From an uncultured Oscillospiraceae bacterium (GTDB lineage Bacteria > Bacillota > Clostridia > Oscillospirales > Oscillospiraceae), in assembly GCA_947628185.1 (NCBI GenBank), contig CANQYW010000008.1, forward strand, positions 3,354-67,353: DNA of 64,000 nucleotides, given 5' to 3'. Each line of letters starts with the position of its first letter. Position 1 is the stretch's first letter. Position numbers and translations under genes: made by a program. The notes below the pieces were generated by a model that was given only the letters and a program-made list of their open reading frames with translations, did no database searches and had not been told where the DNA came from. Below, piece by piece: positions 27,214 to 35,829 of the stretch.

Positions 27214-28749
27214 ATGCGCTACGCAATCGACGGCTCCGTGAGAGCCACAAGACACTCCCGCTATGACGTGGTGGTGGTGGGCGCCGGTATAGCGGGGTTA
27301 TACACCGCGCTCAACCTGGACCCCTCCATGAAGTGCTGCGTCTTCGCAAAGGAGACCATAGATATCTCCAACTCCTGGCTCGCCCAGGGCGGCATAGCCG
27401 TGGTCACCGCCCCGGACGACGACCCCGAGCTGCACTTCAAGGACACGATCGTCGCGGGGGCAGGGCTCTGCGACGAGGACGCCGTCCACGTCTTAGTGGA
27501 CGAGGGCCCCATGAACATAAGGAAACTCATTGAGATGCACGTCCCCTTCGACCTCACGGAGAACGGGGAGCTTGACCGCACCCGGGAGGGCGGGCACCAC
27601 AAGAACCGCATACTCCACGCCGGCGGCGACGCCACGGGGCGGGAGACCGTGAAGACCCTGGCATTCATCGCCTCCCAGCGGGACAACATAATCTTCAGGG
27701 ACAACACGGTCTTTGTTGACGTCCTGACTGACGAGGCGGGCGTCTCCGGCCTCGTGGTGAAGGACGACGACGGTCAGTACGAGGTGGTCTCCACCCGCCG
27801 GCTGGTGCTGGCCACAGGCGGCATCGGGCAGGTCTTTGAGACGAGCACCAACCCGGACATCGCCACCGGCGACGGGCTGGCGGCGGCCATCCGCGCCGGG
27901 GCTGAGCTCCGGGGCATGGAGTTTATCCAGTTCCACCCCACTGGGCTCTGGTCCGCGGACAGGGAGAGCCGGTCATTCCTCATCTCCGAGTCCGTTCGCG
28001 GCGAGGGCGGCCTTCTCAAAAATAGCGAGGGCGTGCGGTTCATGGTTGGCAAGCACGAGCTGGCGGAGCTGGCCCCCAGGGACATCGTAGCTCGCGGCAT
28101 ATATAACGAGCTGCGGCGCTCCGGGGAGAGCCACGTCTTTATCGACATAACCTCGAAACCAGAGGAGGAGCTTCGCCGCCGTTTCCCCACAATATTCAAC
28201 GAGTGCCTGCGCCGGGGGATAAACATCGCCCACGACCTCATCCCCGTCTGCCCCGTACAGCACTACATGATGGGGGGCGTGAAGACCGACCTCCACGCCC
28301 TGACGAAGGTCCCGGGGCTCTACGCCTGCGGCGAGACGGCCTCCACCGGCGTCCACGGCGCGAACCGGCTGGCCTCCAACTCAATGCTTGAGTGCCTCGT
28401 CTTCGGCCGCCGCGCCGCCGAGCACATAAACTCCGTCCACCCCTTTGACACGCCCTCTGACGCCGCTCTCCCCCCGCTCCCCGTCCGCCCGGCCCTTGAC
28501 GCTGACCTTAAATCACTGCGCCACGAGCTCCAGAGGATCATGAGCAAGGACTGCTTTGTCATCCGCACGAAGTCCGGGCTCGAGGAGGCGCTGCGGGAGG
28601 TCACGTCCATCCTTGAGACGCTGAAGGCCGGCTTTGACCCCTCAAAGGCGTATGACGAGACGCTGAGCCTCGCCATAATATCCGTGAACATAGTGAAGTC
28701 CGCCCTCGCGCGCCGGGAGAGCATCGGCGCCCACTACAGGGAGGACTGA
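27214..28749 (+). CDS. nadB: L-aspartate oxidase
   Basis: FAD motif VVVVGAGIAGL and a fumarate-reductase/succinate-dehydrogenase-like flavoprotein core. Confidence 0.92.
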   Translation: MRYAIDGSVRATRHSRYDVVVVGAGIAGLYTALNLDPSMKCCVFAKETIDISNSWLAQGGIAVVTAPDDDPELHFKDTIVAGAGLCDEDAVHVLVDEGPMNIRKLIEMHVPFDLTENGELDRTREGGHHKNRILHAGGDATGRETVKTLAFIASQRDNIIFRDNTVFVDVLTDEAGVSGLVVKDDDGQYEVVSTRRLVLATGGIGQVFETSTNPDIATGDGLAAAIRAGAELRGMEFIQFHPTGLWSADRESRSFLISESVRGEGGLLKNSEGVRFMVGKHELAELAPRDIVARGIYNELRRSGESHVFIDITSKPEEELRRRFPTIFNECLRRGINIAHDLIPVCPVQHYMMGGVKTDLHALTKVPGLYACGETASTGVHGANRLASNSMLECLVFGRRAAEHINSVHPFDTPSDAALPPLPVRPALDADLKSLRHELQRIMSKDCFVIRTKSGLEEALREVTSILETLKAGFDPSKAYDETLSLAIISVNIVKSALARRESIGAHYRED

Positions 28750-28758
28750 GGAGAAAAT

Positions 28759-29592
28759 ATGCTAAATTTAGGACTCGACAACCTCATTCTAAGCGCCCTC
28801 GCAGAGGACCTGGGCACCGGCGACATAACCACCATGAGCTGCATCCCGGAGGACGCCCACTCCACCGGCACATTCAAGGCGAAGGCCGAGGGCGTCTTCT
28901 GCGGCATGGAGGTGCTGGAGCGTGTCTTCGCCCTGGTGGACAGCTCCGTTAAGGTGACGCCCCTCATTCACGACGGCGACGCCGTGAGCCGCGGCGAGGC
29001 CATAGCGAAGATATCCGGCCCCTCCAGGTCCATCCTCTCCGGCGAGCGGGTGGCGCTCAACCTCATCCAGCACATGTCCGGCGTGGCCACGGCCACCCGG
29101 GAGGCCGTGGAGGCCGTCCGCGGCACCGGCGCCACGATAGTTGACACGCGGAAGATGACCCCCGGCCTCCGGGTGCTGGAGAAGTACGCCGTCAGGGCCG
29201 GCGGCGGCAACAACCACCGTTTCAACCTCTCTGACGGCGTCCTAATTAAGGATAACCACATCGCCGCCTCCGGCGGGATAGCGAACGCCATCAAGGCCGT
29301 CAGGAAGAACGCCCCCCACACCCTCCGGGTGGAGATAGAGGCGGAGACCATCGGGGAGGTCCTGGAGTGCCTTGAGGCCGGCGCGGACATAATAATGCTG
29401 GACAATATGTCCGTCGACGACATGCGCCGCGCCGTGGAGCTCATAGGCGGCCGGGCCCTCACCGAGGCCAGCGGCAACATGGGCGAGCGGGACCTCCGGG
29501 AGGTGGCCTCCACGGGCGTGGACTACATCTCCATCGGCGCCCTCACCCACTCTGTAAAGGCCCTCGACATAAGCCTCAAATTTAAAGATTAA
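28759..29592 (+). CDS. nadC: Nicotinate-nucleotide pyrophosphorylase (quinolinate phosphoribosyltransferase)
   Basis: TRKTxPGLR-type motif (DTRKMTPGLRVLEKYAVRAGG), LIKDNHI, MLDNM. Confidence 0.92.
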   Translation: MLNLGLDNLILSALAEDLGTGDITTMSCIPEDAHSTGTFKAKAEGVFCGMEVLERVFALVDSSVKVTPLIHDGDAVSRGEAIAKISGPSRSILSGERVALNLIQHMSGVATATREAVEAVRGTGATIVDTRKMTPGLRVLEKYAVRAGGGNNHRFNLSDGVLIKDNHIAASGGIANAIKAVRKNAPHTLRVEIEAETIGEVLECLEAGADIIMLDNMSVDDMRRAVELIGGRALTEASGNMGERDLREVASTGVDYISIGALTHSVKALDISLKFKD

Positions 29593-29620
29593 TTGGCGGC
29601 CTGCACGCCGGAATACGAAA

Positions 29621-29651
29621 AGCCCTCTGTCGCACTGACAGGGGGCTTTTT
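29621..29651. terminator. Bidirectional terminator (nadC / xerD convergent)
   Basis: AGCCCTCTGTC-gcact-GACAGGGGGCT followed by TTTTT. Confidence 0.7.
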
Positions 29652-29678
29652 GCTGCCTTGCGCGTTATAGAAAGCCGC

Positions 29679-30569
29679 TCACGCTCTCGGGTGGGCCTTA
29701 TTGTAGACGTCCTTGAGCTGCTTTTTCACTATCTGGGTGTACACCTGGGTGGAGGAGATATCCGCGTGGCCCAGCATCTCCTGGATGGAGTGGAGGTCGG
29801 CGCCGTTCTCCAATAGGTGCGCCGCGAAGGAGTGGCGCAGGGTGTGGGGCGTTATGTCCTTGTCTATCTTCGCCATCTCCTGGTAGTGCTTTATGACCTT
29901 CCAGAACCCCTGGCGGGACATGCGCTCGCCGCTCATGTTCACAAAGAGAGCCTGTTCGTCGGGGTCGGCTATGAGCTGTCCCCGGACGAGGTTTATGTAG
30001 TCGCTCATGGCCTTTATGGCGGCGGAGTACATGGGGATGTAGCGCTCCTTGCCGTGGCCTGAGCACTTTATGATCCCGGCGGAGAGCTTGACGTCGTCAA
30101 TATTAAGGGATATGAGCTCCGTCACGCGGATGCCTGTGGCGTACAATAGTTCCAGCATCGCCCTGTCCCTATAGCCCTTCACGTCGGTACACTTGGGCTG
30201 CTCCAGGAGGAGCTCCACCTCGGCGCTGGTGAGTATCTGGGGGAGTTTCTTCTCCCCCTTGTCGATGACCACGTCGTGCACCGGGTTCTGCTCCACCAGG
30301 CCCTCCCTCATGAGGTAGGTGTAAAAGCTCTTTATGGAGGCGACGCTCCGGGACACCGTGGCCGCGGACTTCCCGGCGCTCTGCATGTAGGCCACATAGC
30401 CCAGGAAGACGCCGTTGTCCACCGAGAGCAGGCCCTTCTTAATGTAGCGCTTGAGATAGGCTGAGAACTGGTTCACATCCCGGACATATGAGGAGTAGGT
30501 GTTCTGAGACGCATGTCTCTCCTCCTTTAAGTAGCTCTCAAAGCTCTCTATGTAATTCTCGTCAGGCAT
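29679..30569 (-). CDS. xerD: Tyrosine recombinase XerD (chromosome dimer resolution)
   Basis: ARG...HxLRHSFA...GHxxxxTTxxYTH catalytic pattern. ATG 30569 follows GAGGTGA. Sits next to spoIIM, as in Bacillus. Confidence 0.85.
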   Translation of the reverse strand: MPDENYIESFESYLKEERHASQNTYSSYVRDVNQFSAYLKRYIKKGLLSVDNGVFLGYVAYMQSAGKSAATVSRSVASIKSFYTYLMREGLVEQNPVHDVVIDKGEKKLPQILTSAEVELLLEQPKCTDVKGYRDRAMLELLYATGIRVTELISLNIDDVKLSAGIIKCSGHGKERYIPMYSAAIKAMSDYINLVRGQLIADPDEQALFVNMSGERMSRQGFWKVIKHYQEMAKIDKDITPHTLRHSFAAHLLENGADLHSIQEMLGHADISSTQVYTQIVKKQLKDVYNKAHPRA

Positions 30570-30573
30570 GAGA

Positions 30574-31197
30574 TCACCTCGTCTGTATGTACGCCGGCAG
30601 GTCAATGACCCCGGAGGCGATAATGCATCTCTGGGCAAGAGCCAGCAGAGACAGTATGAGCATCGCTATCAAAAATCTTATGAAGTACACCCGTCCGTAG
30701 GCACCGGGCCTCAGCGGGCCGCCCCTCCCGAAGGCCCCGCCCATGAGCTCCACCGACGCGGAGAGGGACTGCACGGCCAGCATGAAAAAGAGCGGGACCG
30801 ACACTATGGTGCACACCCCGAAGAGCATGTACGCCGCCACAGCGCCGCTGAAGGCGTAGAGCCGCACGAACATCGCCAGGGAATAGGCTATGGAGAACCC
30901 CCGGACGAATGAGAGGCCCGGCGCCAGCACCACCCCCAGCATGGAGAACCCGCAGAGGAAAACGGCTATGTGGAAGGCGGAGAGCTCAAAGAGCAGCGGC
31001 AGGAGCCCCGGCACGCCGCCGGCGGAGAGGCCCTCAAGATACGCCTCAATAAATTGGGCTCCCCCCTCGGCCCCGCCCGGCGCCGCCAGTGCCCCGGCAA
31101 AAACGCCGGCGGCAAATGCCACCGACACCACGCAAAGCCACACAAGGCCCCTATCGGGGATGTCCACAAATTCGGAAATAGCCTTTCTTTTGTTCAT
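30574..31197 (-). CDS. spoIIM: Stage II sporulation protein M-like membrane protein
   Basis: About 200 aa with 5-6 TM segments, conserved position upstream of xerD, RBS GGGGGTGAG. Confidence 0.6.
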   Translation of the reverse strand: MNKRKAISEFVDIPDRGLVWLCVVSVAFAAGVFAGALAAPGGAEGGAQFIEAYLEGLSAGGVPGLLPLLFELSAFHIAVFLCGFSMLGVVLAPGLSFVRGFSIAYSLAMFVRLYAFSGAVAAYMLFGVCTIVSVPLFFMLAVQSLSASVELMGGAFGRGGPLRPGAYGRVYFIRFLIAMLILSLLALAQRCIIASGVIDLPAYIQTR

Positions 31198-31214
31198 ATC
31201 ATCTCACCCCCTAA

Positions 31215-31242
31215 ACTATATGCGCGGGGCGGGAGGATATGC
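31215..31242 (-). promoter_or_regulatory. Possible sigma-E-like sporulation promoter for spoIIM
   Basis: Minus strand gcATATC - 13 nt - CATATAGT, compared with the Bacillus sigma-E consensus ATATT-N14-CATACAnT. Only about 20 nt before the RBS. Confidence 0.25.
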
Positions 31243-31305
31243 CTCGGAGTTTTCCGACCATAGATATAATAATACAGAACGCTAAAATAATCAATAAGGT
31301 TTCTT

Positions 31306-31360
31306 AAATTTGTCAATTATGCTATAATTTTATGTCAACTATATTATGTAAATGTGTCAA
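31306..31360. repeat. Three WWWTKTGTCAA units at exactly 22-bp spacing
   Basis: TGTCAA at 31311-31316, 31333-31338 and 31355-31360 (TTGACA on the minus strand). Confidence 0.8.
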
Positions 31361-31485
31361 CCGATTCCCTCTCGGCCCGCCTGCCGGAGGCGGTAAAATC
31401 CCATATGTCGGTTACAAACTGTAATCAGCCACTACATATTGGTTATAATCAACGAATTATGTAAACTAACGCCGAGATAACAGTT

Positions 31486-31501
31486 TGTAATCACGATTAC
31501 A
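31486..31501. promoter_or_regulatory. Perfect 7-2-7 palindrome TGTAATC-AC-GATTACA
   Basis: The arms are exact reverse complements. A 2-nt centre is too small for an RNA hairpin loop, so this is more likely a protein-binding DNA site. Confidence 0.5.
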
Positions 31502-31517
31502 GTCAAATTGCCAACCC

Positions 31518-31922
31518 TCACCTTCTCCTCCGGCGGCGTTTCACCGTCACTGCACCAGATATAAGGGCGCCGCAGAGCATGGATAGGCATATCTGCGCAT
31601 CGAGGGCGTCAAAGGCCCCTGACCTTCCGGAAATGAGCATTATGACAACACGCGCCAGCACAGCCAGCGCTCCGGAGGCCACGCCGCCTATTAGCGTGGC
31701 GCCGCCGTTCTTGATCCTCGCCGCCAGCGCCCCCGCCGCCCCGGAGACGAAGGAGGAGACTATGACTATCGGTCTCACTCCCCCCTCCCCCACCTTGCCG
31801 GAGGACACCAGCGGCGCGCACAGCGTCACCAGCACCACGGAGAACGCCAGCGTCACCAGAGCCCCCAGCAGCACCCCCGGCACTATCCTGCCCCAATCAC
31901 CTTTAAGTTCCTTTTTGGACAT
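31518..31922 (-). CDS. Small multi-TM membrane protein (function unknown)
   Basis: 134 aa, Gly/Ala-rich helices, C-terminal RRRRR, RBS GGGAGGG. Confidence 0.6.
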   Translation of the reverse strand: MSKKELKGDWGRIVPGVLLGALVTLAFSVVLVTLCAPLVSSGKVGEGGVRPIVIVSSFVSGAAGALAARIKNGGATLIGGVASGALAVLARVVIMLISGRSGAFDALDAQICLSMLCGALISGAVTVKRRRRRR

Positions 31923-31924
31923 AG

Positions 31925-31974
31925 AAAAACCCTCCCATTGACAAGCCTTGATAAAGACTTATTCAATGGGAGGG
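31925..31974 (-). terminator. yajC terminator whose 3' arm contains the next gene's RBS
   Basis: CCCTCCCATTGA / TCAATGGGAGGG 12-bp stem. The minus strand reads ...CAATGGGAGGGTTTTTCTATG. Confidence 0.65.
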
Positions 31975-32018
31975 TCAAAAATGCCTATTATTTACTTATG
32001 ACAGGCGGAGGGGTGAGA

Positions 32019-32450
32019 TCACTCGCTGGGCTTGTCCTCGGACTCCTCTGCGCCCTTGCCGGTGGAGGAGATGCCCCACTTGGCTATCTTGATGCGCACG
32101 CGGTCCTCACCGGTCTCGAAGGTGATGAAGTCCCCGCTGACATTCACTATCTTGCCGACCATGCCGCCGATGGTGGTGATATTGTCACCAACAGAGAGGC
32201 TGTTGCGCATCTCCTCGGCCTGTTTCTTCCTCTTCTTCTCCGGGCGGATCATGAAGAAGTAGAACACCGCAATAATGACCGCGAGATAGAGGATCATTGT
32301 CACGCCGCCGATACCCGCCGCGGACCCCTCGGTCCCTGTCCCGTCGGCGGTCCCTTCGGAGCCCGCTGGCACGCACCCGGCCAGGGCCGTCACGATCAGC
32401 ACCATCGAGAGAACGAGTACCACTATCTTTTTTACATCTTTTGAAACCAT
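32019..32450 (-). CDS. yajC: Preprotein translocase subunit YajC with N-terminal extension
   Basis: FFMIRPEKKRKKQAEEMRNSLSVGDNITTIGGMVGKIV YajC core. The N-terminus has a lipobox-like LAGC. Confidence 0.85.
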   Translation of the reverse strand: MVSKDVKKIVVLVLSMVLIVTALAGCVPAGSEGTADGTGTEGSAAGIGGVTMILYLAVIIAVFYFFMIRPEKKRKKQAEEMRNSLSVGDNITTIGGMVGKIVNVSGDFITFETGEDRVRIKIAKWGISSTGKGAEESEDKPSE

Positions 32451-32526
32451 TTTTCAACCTCCAAACTTTCGGGTTCTTTCATTATAAAACGCGGACGGAG
32501 GAATTGCAAGAAATATTTACCGACTT

Positions 32527-33657
32527 TCAAATTCTTCTTGAAAGAACCGGGGAATATTTCGCCCGGAAGGCGCCGAAAGTCCCCTCCTCCAGGCTCTCCC
32601 TTATCCGGGACATCAGCGTATTGTAAAAATATAGGTTGTGGGCGACGGCAAGGCGCAGGCCCAGGAGCTCCTTCGCCGCGAAGAGGTGCCTCAGATACGC
32701 CCTTGAATAATTTCGGCAGACAGGGCAGCCGCACTCAGAGTCGATGGGTGACTCGTCAAGCTCGTAGCGCTTATTTTTTATATTGAGGACCCCCTCCCAG
32801 GTGAAGAGGTGCCCGTGGCGTCCGTTCCGGGCGGGCATGACGCAGTCAAAGAAGTCCACGCCCCTCGCCACGCCCTCGATGATGTTTGAGGGCGTCCCCA
32901 CCCCCATGAGGTACCTGGGTTTGTCCTTGGGCATGTGCTCCTCCACGGCCTCTATCGTGTCGTACATCTCCTGGGTGCTCTCCCCCACCGCGAGGCCGCC
33001 TATGGCGTAACCCGGCAGGTCCATCTCGGCTATGGCGTCCATGTGCCAGATCCTGAGGTCCGCGTATGTGCCCCCCTGGTTTATCCCGAAGAGCACCTGA
33101 CCCGGGTTTGGTACGTCCCCCTCCCGGTGAAGACGCTCCAGCTCCGACTTGCAGCGGCCAAGCCAACGGTACGTCCTCTCACAGCTATTTTTCACATAAC
33201 CGTACTCCGCCGGCAGGCCGACGCACTCGTCAAAGGCCATGGCGATGTCCGAGCCGAGGTTCGACTGTATGTCTATGCTGTCCTCCGGGGACATGAACAC
33301 CAGGCGCCCGTCTATGTGGGAGTTGAAGGTGGTCCCCTCCTCCGTTATCTTCCGGAGCCTCGCGAGGGAGAATATCTGGAACCCGCCGGAGTCCGTGAGT
33401 ACGGGGCCGTCCCAGCCCATAAATCTGTGGAGCCCGCCGAGCTGACGGATGAGCTGGTCGCCGGGCCTTAAATGGAGGTGGTAGGTGTTGCAGAGCTCAA
33501 CCTGACACCCAAGGCCCCTTATGTCGGCGGAGGACAGCCCGCCCTTTATGGCGGCCTGGGTACCCACATTCATGAAAACGGGTGTCTCCACCGCCCCGTG
33601 GGGCGTCTCAAATCTCCCGCGCCGCGCGCGGCCCTCACTGCTTAGAACTGTGAACAT
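32527..33657 (-). CDS. tgt: Queuine tRNA-ribosyltransferase
   Basis: MFTVLSSEGRARRGRFETPHGAVETPVFMNVGT...TDSGGFQ...CxCxxC zinc site. I prefer ATG 33657 over the track start at 33810. Confidence 0.92.
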   Translation of the reverse strand: MFTVLSSEGRARRGRFETPHGAVETPVFMNVGTQAAIKGGLSSADIRGLGCQVELCNTYHLHLRPGDQLIRQLGGLHRFMGWDGPVLTDSGGFQIFSLARLRKITEEGTTFNSHIDGRLVFMSPEDSIDIQSNLGSDIAMAFDECVGLPAEYGYVKNSCERTYRWLGRCKSELERLHREGDVPNPGQVLFGINQGGTYADLRIWHMDAIAEMDLPGYAIGGLAVGESTQEMYDTIEAVEEHMPKDKPRYLMGVGTPSNIIEGVARGVDFFDCVMPARNGRHGHLFTWEGVLNIKNKRYELDESPIDSECGCPVCRNYSRAYLRHLFAAKELLGLRLAVAHNLYFYNTLMSRIRESLEEGTFGAFRAKYSPVLSRRI

Positions 33658-33799
33658 CTCTGACCTCTCTTTGACGTAATGTGGAAAAATAATCCCGCCC
33701 ACCCGGATATTATAACGTGATATCCCGCTCAATGCAACTAAAATTGCCGCAGGCACCGGACAGGGCGAGAAAAACATTGGAAAGTGATCGAAAAATCGC

Positions 33800-33828
33800 T
33801 TGACAATCACTCGCCTCCGGTGTATTAT
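33800..33828 (+). promoter_or_regulatory. Consensus sigma-A promoter for tRNA-Leu
   Basis: TTGACA (33800-33805), 17 nt, TGtTATTAT (-10 at 33823-33828). Confidence 0.6.
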
Positions 33829-33851
33829 AACACTTGCCGATTGCAGACCAT

Positions 33852-33939
33852 GCGCGAGTGGTGGAATTGGTAGACTCGCTAGATTCAGGTTCTAGTGTGC
33901 ATTACGCACGTGGGGGTTCGAGTCCCCCCTCGCGCACCA
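33852..33939 (+). tRNA. tRNA-Leu (anticodon CAG), CCA encoded
   Basis: Folded by hand: acceptor GCGCGAG/CTCGCGC, anticodon arm CTAGA-TTCAGGT-TCTAG, long variable arm, T-arm GGGGG-TTCGAGT-CCCCC. Confidence 0.9.
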
Positions 33940-33941
33940 AG

Positions 33942-33992
33942 GCGGGTGTCACCTCTCAGCTTTTGATAGCTGATGGGACGCCCGCTCTTTTT
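33942..33992 (+). terminator. Terminator after tRNA-Leu
   Basis: GCGGGTGTC...GACGCCCGC stem (one G-U pair) followed by TCTTTTT. Confidence 0.5.
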
Positions 33993-34070
33993 ATATTTAT
34001 TTTTCGCGCCCCCCTCAAAACGGAGATCTTTCCGCTTTGAAGGGGGCGCTTATCCTGCGTGATATCAGTG

Positions 34071-34259
34071 TCAGTCTCCCCCGCCGTCCGGTGCCTGGTA
34101 GTAGTACCCCTCGACGCGCACTTCGGAGTCGGTGTCCGGGACGGAGAGATCCTTCTCCCACTTCGAGACCGTCTGCCGCACCACATGGAGCCTCGCGGCC
34201 AGCTCCTCCTGTGTAAATCCCCTCTGTTTTCTGAGGGTCCTCAGATTTTCGCTAAACAT
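34071..34259 (-). CDS. Short XRE-family HTH protein (62 aa), C-terminal part atypical
   Basis: LRKQRGFTQEELAARLHVVRQTVSKWEK HTH_3 core, strong RBS AAAGGAGG. Confidence 0.7.
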   Translation of the reverse strand: MFSENLRTLRKQRGFTQEELAARLHVVRQTVSKWEKDLSVPDTDSEVRVEGYYYQAPDGGGD

Positions 34260-34385
34260 ATGTGATGACCTCCTTTTCGTATTTTGCCGGCGGTACCAAT
34301 ATAACGCCTACCCCGCCCCGCGGCAAGCAACTGGGATTAACATACGCGCAACTATCGAAATTTTGTACCCCAGAGACCTGTCCAC

Positions 34386-34420
34386 GCAAAAGCCGGCAGC
34401 AAATACCGCGCTGCCGGCTT
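34386..34420 (-). terminator. mgtE terminator
   Basis: AGCCGGCAGC / GCTGCCGGCT 10-bp stem followed on the minus strand by TTTTG. Confidence 0.7.
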
Positions 34421-34443
34421 AAACTTTATCTCTTGCCGTCCCG

Positions 34444-35820
34444 TCACAGCCCCAGGAGCATGCTGGCCACCTGGAAGTAGATGAGCAGGGAGAGGGCGTC
34501 CACTATCGTGGTGATGAAGGGGCTGGCCATGACGGCGGGGTCGAACCCCAGGCGTTTCGCCACCAGCGGCAGGGAGCAGCCCACGAGTTTCGCGCAGATT
34601 ATGGTGAAGGCCAGCGTGAGGCACACCACGAGGTTCACCGTGACGGTGATGCCCTTGTTCCCCAGCAGCATCACGTCCACCAACTGTATCTTCAAAAAGC
34701 TCACCGCCGCGAGGCTCACGGCGCACAGCACCGCCACCCGCAGCTCCTTCCAGAGTACCTTGAGGAAGTCCGAGAACTCCAGGTCCCCTATGGAGAGGGC
34801 GCGTATCACCGTGACGGATGCCTGACTGCCGGTGTTGCCGCCGGTATCCATGAGCATGGGTATGAAGGCCGTCAGGGCCACCCACTTGGCGAGGGCGCTC
34901 TCAAATGATGATATTATCATCCCGGTGAATGTGGCCGAGACCATCAACAGCATGAGCCAAGGGATACGGGACTTCCAGATCTCAAAGGGCGTCATCTTGA
35001 GGTAGGGTTTGTCAGTCGGCGTGATGGCGGCCATCTTCTCGATATCCTCGGTGGTCTCCTCCTCCATGACGTCGATGGCGTCGTCCACCGTGACTATGCC
35101 CACGAGGCGGGACTCCTTATCCACCACCGGCAGGGCCGCCATGTCGTACTTGGAGAGGGTGTTGGCCACCTCCTCCTGGTCGTCGGTGGTGGTGACGGAT
35201 ATGATGTCCGTGCCCATTATGTCGGTTATCTCCGTCTCGTCCTCCGCCATTATGAGGGACTTGAGCGTGACGTAACCCACAAGTTTCCTGTTGTTGTCCG
35301 TGACGTAACAGGTGTAGATGGTCTCCTTATCCACTCCCGTCCGGCGCAGACGCTTTATGGCGTCCTCCGCCGTCATGTCCGGCCTCAGGCTCACGTACTC
35401 CGTGGTCATGATACTGCCGGCGGAATCTTCCGGGTAGTTGAGGATCTCGTTGATCATCTTCCGTTTGTCCGGGTCAGCGCTCTGGAGTATGCGCTTCACC
35501 ACATTCGCCGGCATCTCCTCCACAAGGTCCGCCGCGTCGTCCACAAAGAGCTCGTCCACGACCTCCTTGAGCTCCGCGTCCGAGAAACCCCTTATAAGGA
35601 GCTCCTGCTCGTCGCTGTCCATCTCGATGAATGTCTCCGCCGCCAGCTCCTTGGGCAGGAGACGGAACATCAGCGGGAGGCGGCTCTCGTCAAGCTCCCC
35701 CAAGAGTATCGCGATGTCCATGGGCTGCATTGTCAGGAAGATGTCCCGCAGTGTGAGATACTTTTTGCTCTCAATAAGCGACTCTATGGTCGCCGAGAGA
35801 ATAGTGCTAACTTCCGCCAT
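34444..35820 (-). CDS. mgtE: Magnesium transporter MgtE
   Basis: N-domain, tandem CBS domains, 5-TM C-terminus (MDTGGNTGSQAS). Confidence 0.93.
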   Translation of the reverse strand: MAEVSTILSATIESLIESKKYLTLRDIFLTMQPMDIAILLGELDESRLPLMFRLLPKELAAETFIEMDSDEQELLIRGFSDAELKEVVDELFVDDAADLVEEMPANVVKRILQSADPDKRKMINEILNYPEDSAGSIMTTEYVSLRPDMTAEDAIKRLRRTGVDKETIYTCYVTDNNRKLVGYVTLKSLIMAEDETEITDIMGTDIISVTTTDDQEEVANTLSKYDMAALPVVDKESRLVGIVTVDDAIDVMEEETTEDIEKMAAITPTDKPYLKMTPFEIWKSRIPWLMLLMVSATFTGMIISSFESALAKWVALTAFIPMLMDTGGNTGSQASVTVIRALSIGDLEFSDFLKVLWKELRVAVLCAVSLAAVSFLKIQLVDVMLLGNKGITVTVNLVVCLTLAFTIICAKLVGCSLPLVAKRLGFDPAVMASPFITTIVDALSLLIYFQVASMLLGL

Positions 35821-35829
35821 TACCTTTCC

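Noticed and set aside
29679-30569. Tyrosine recombinase as a marker of an integrated mobile element.
   Set aside because: The product is full XerD-like and sits in conserved synteny with spoIIM. There are no flanking phage or ICE genes and no att-like repeats, so I read it as housekeeping dimer resolution.
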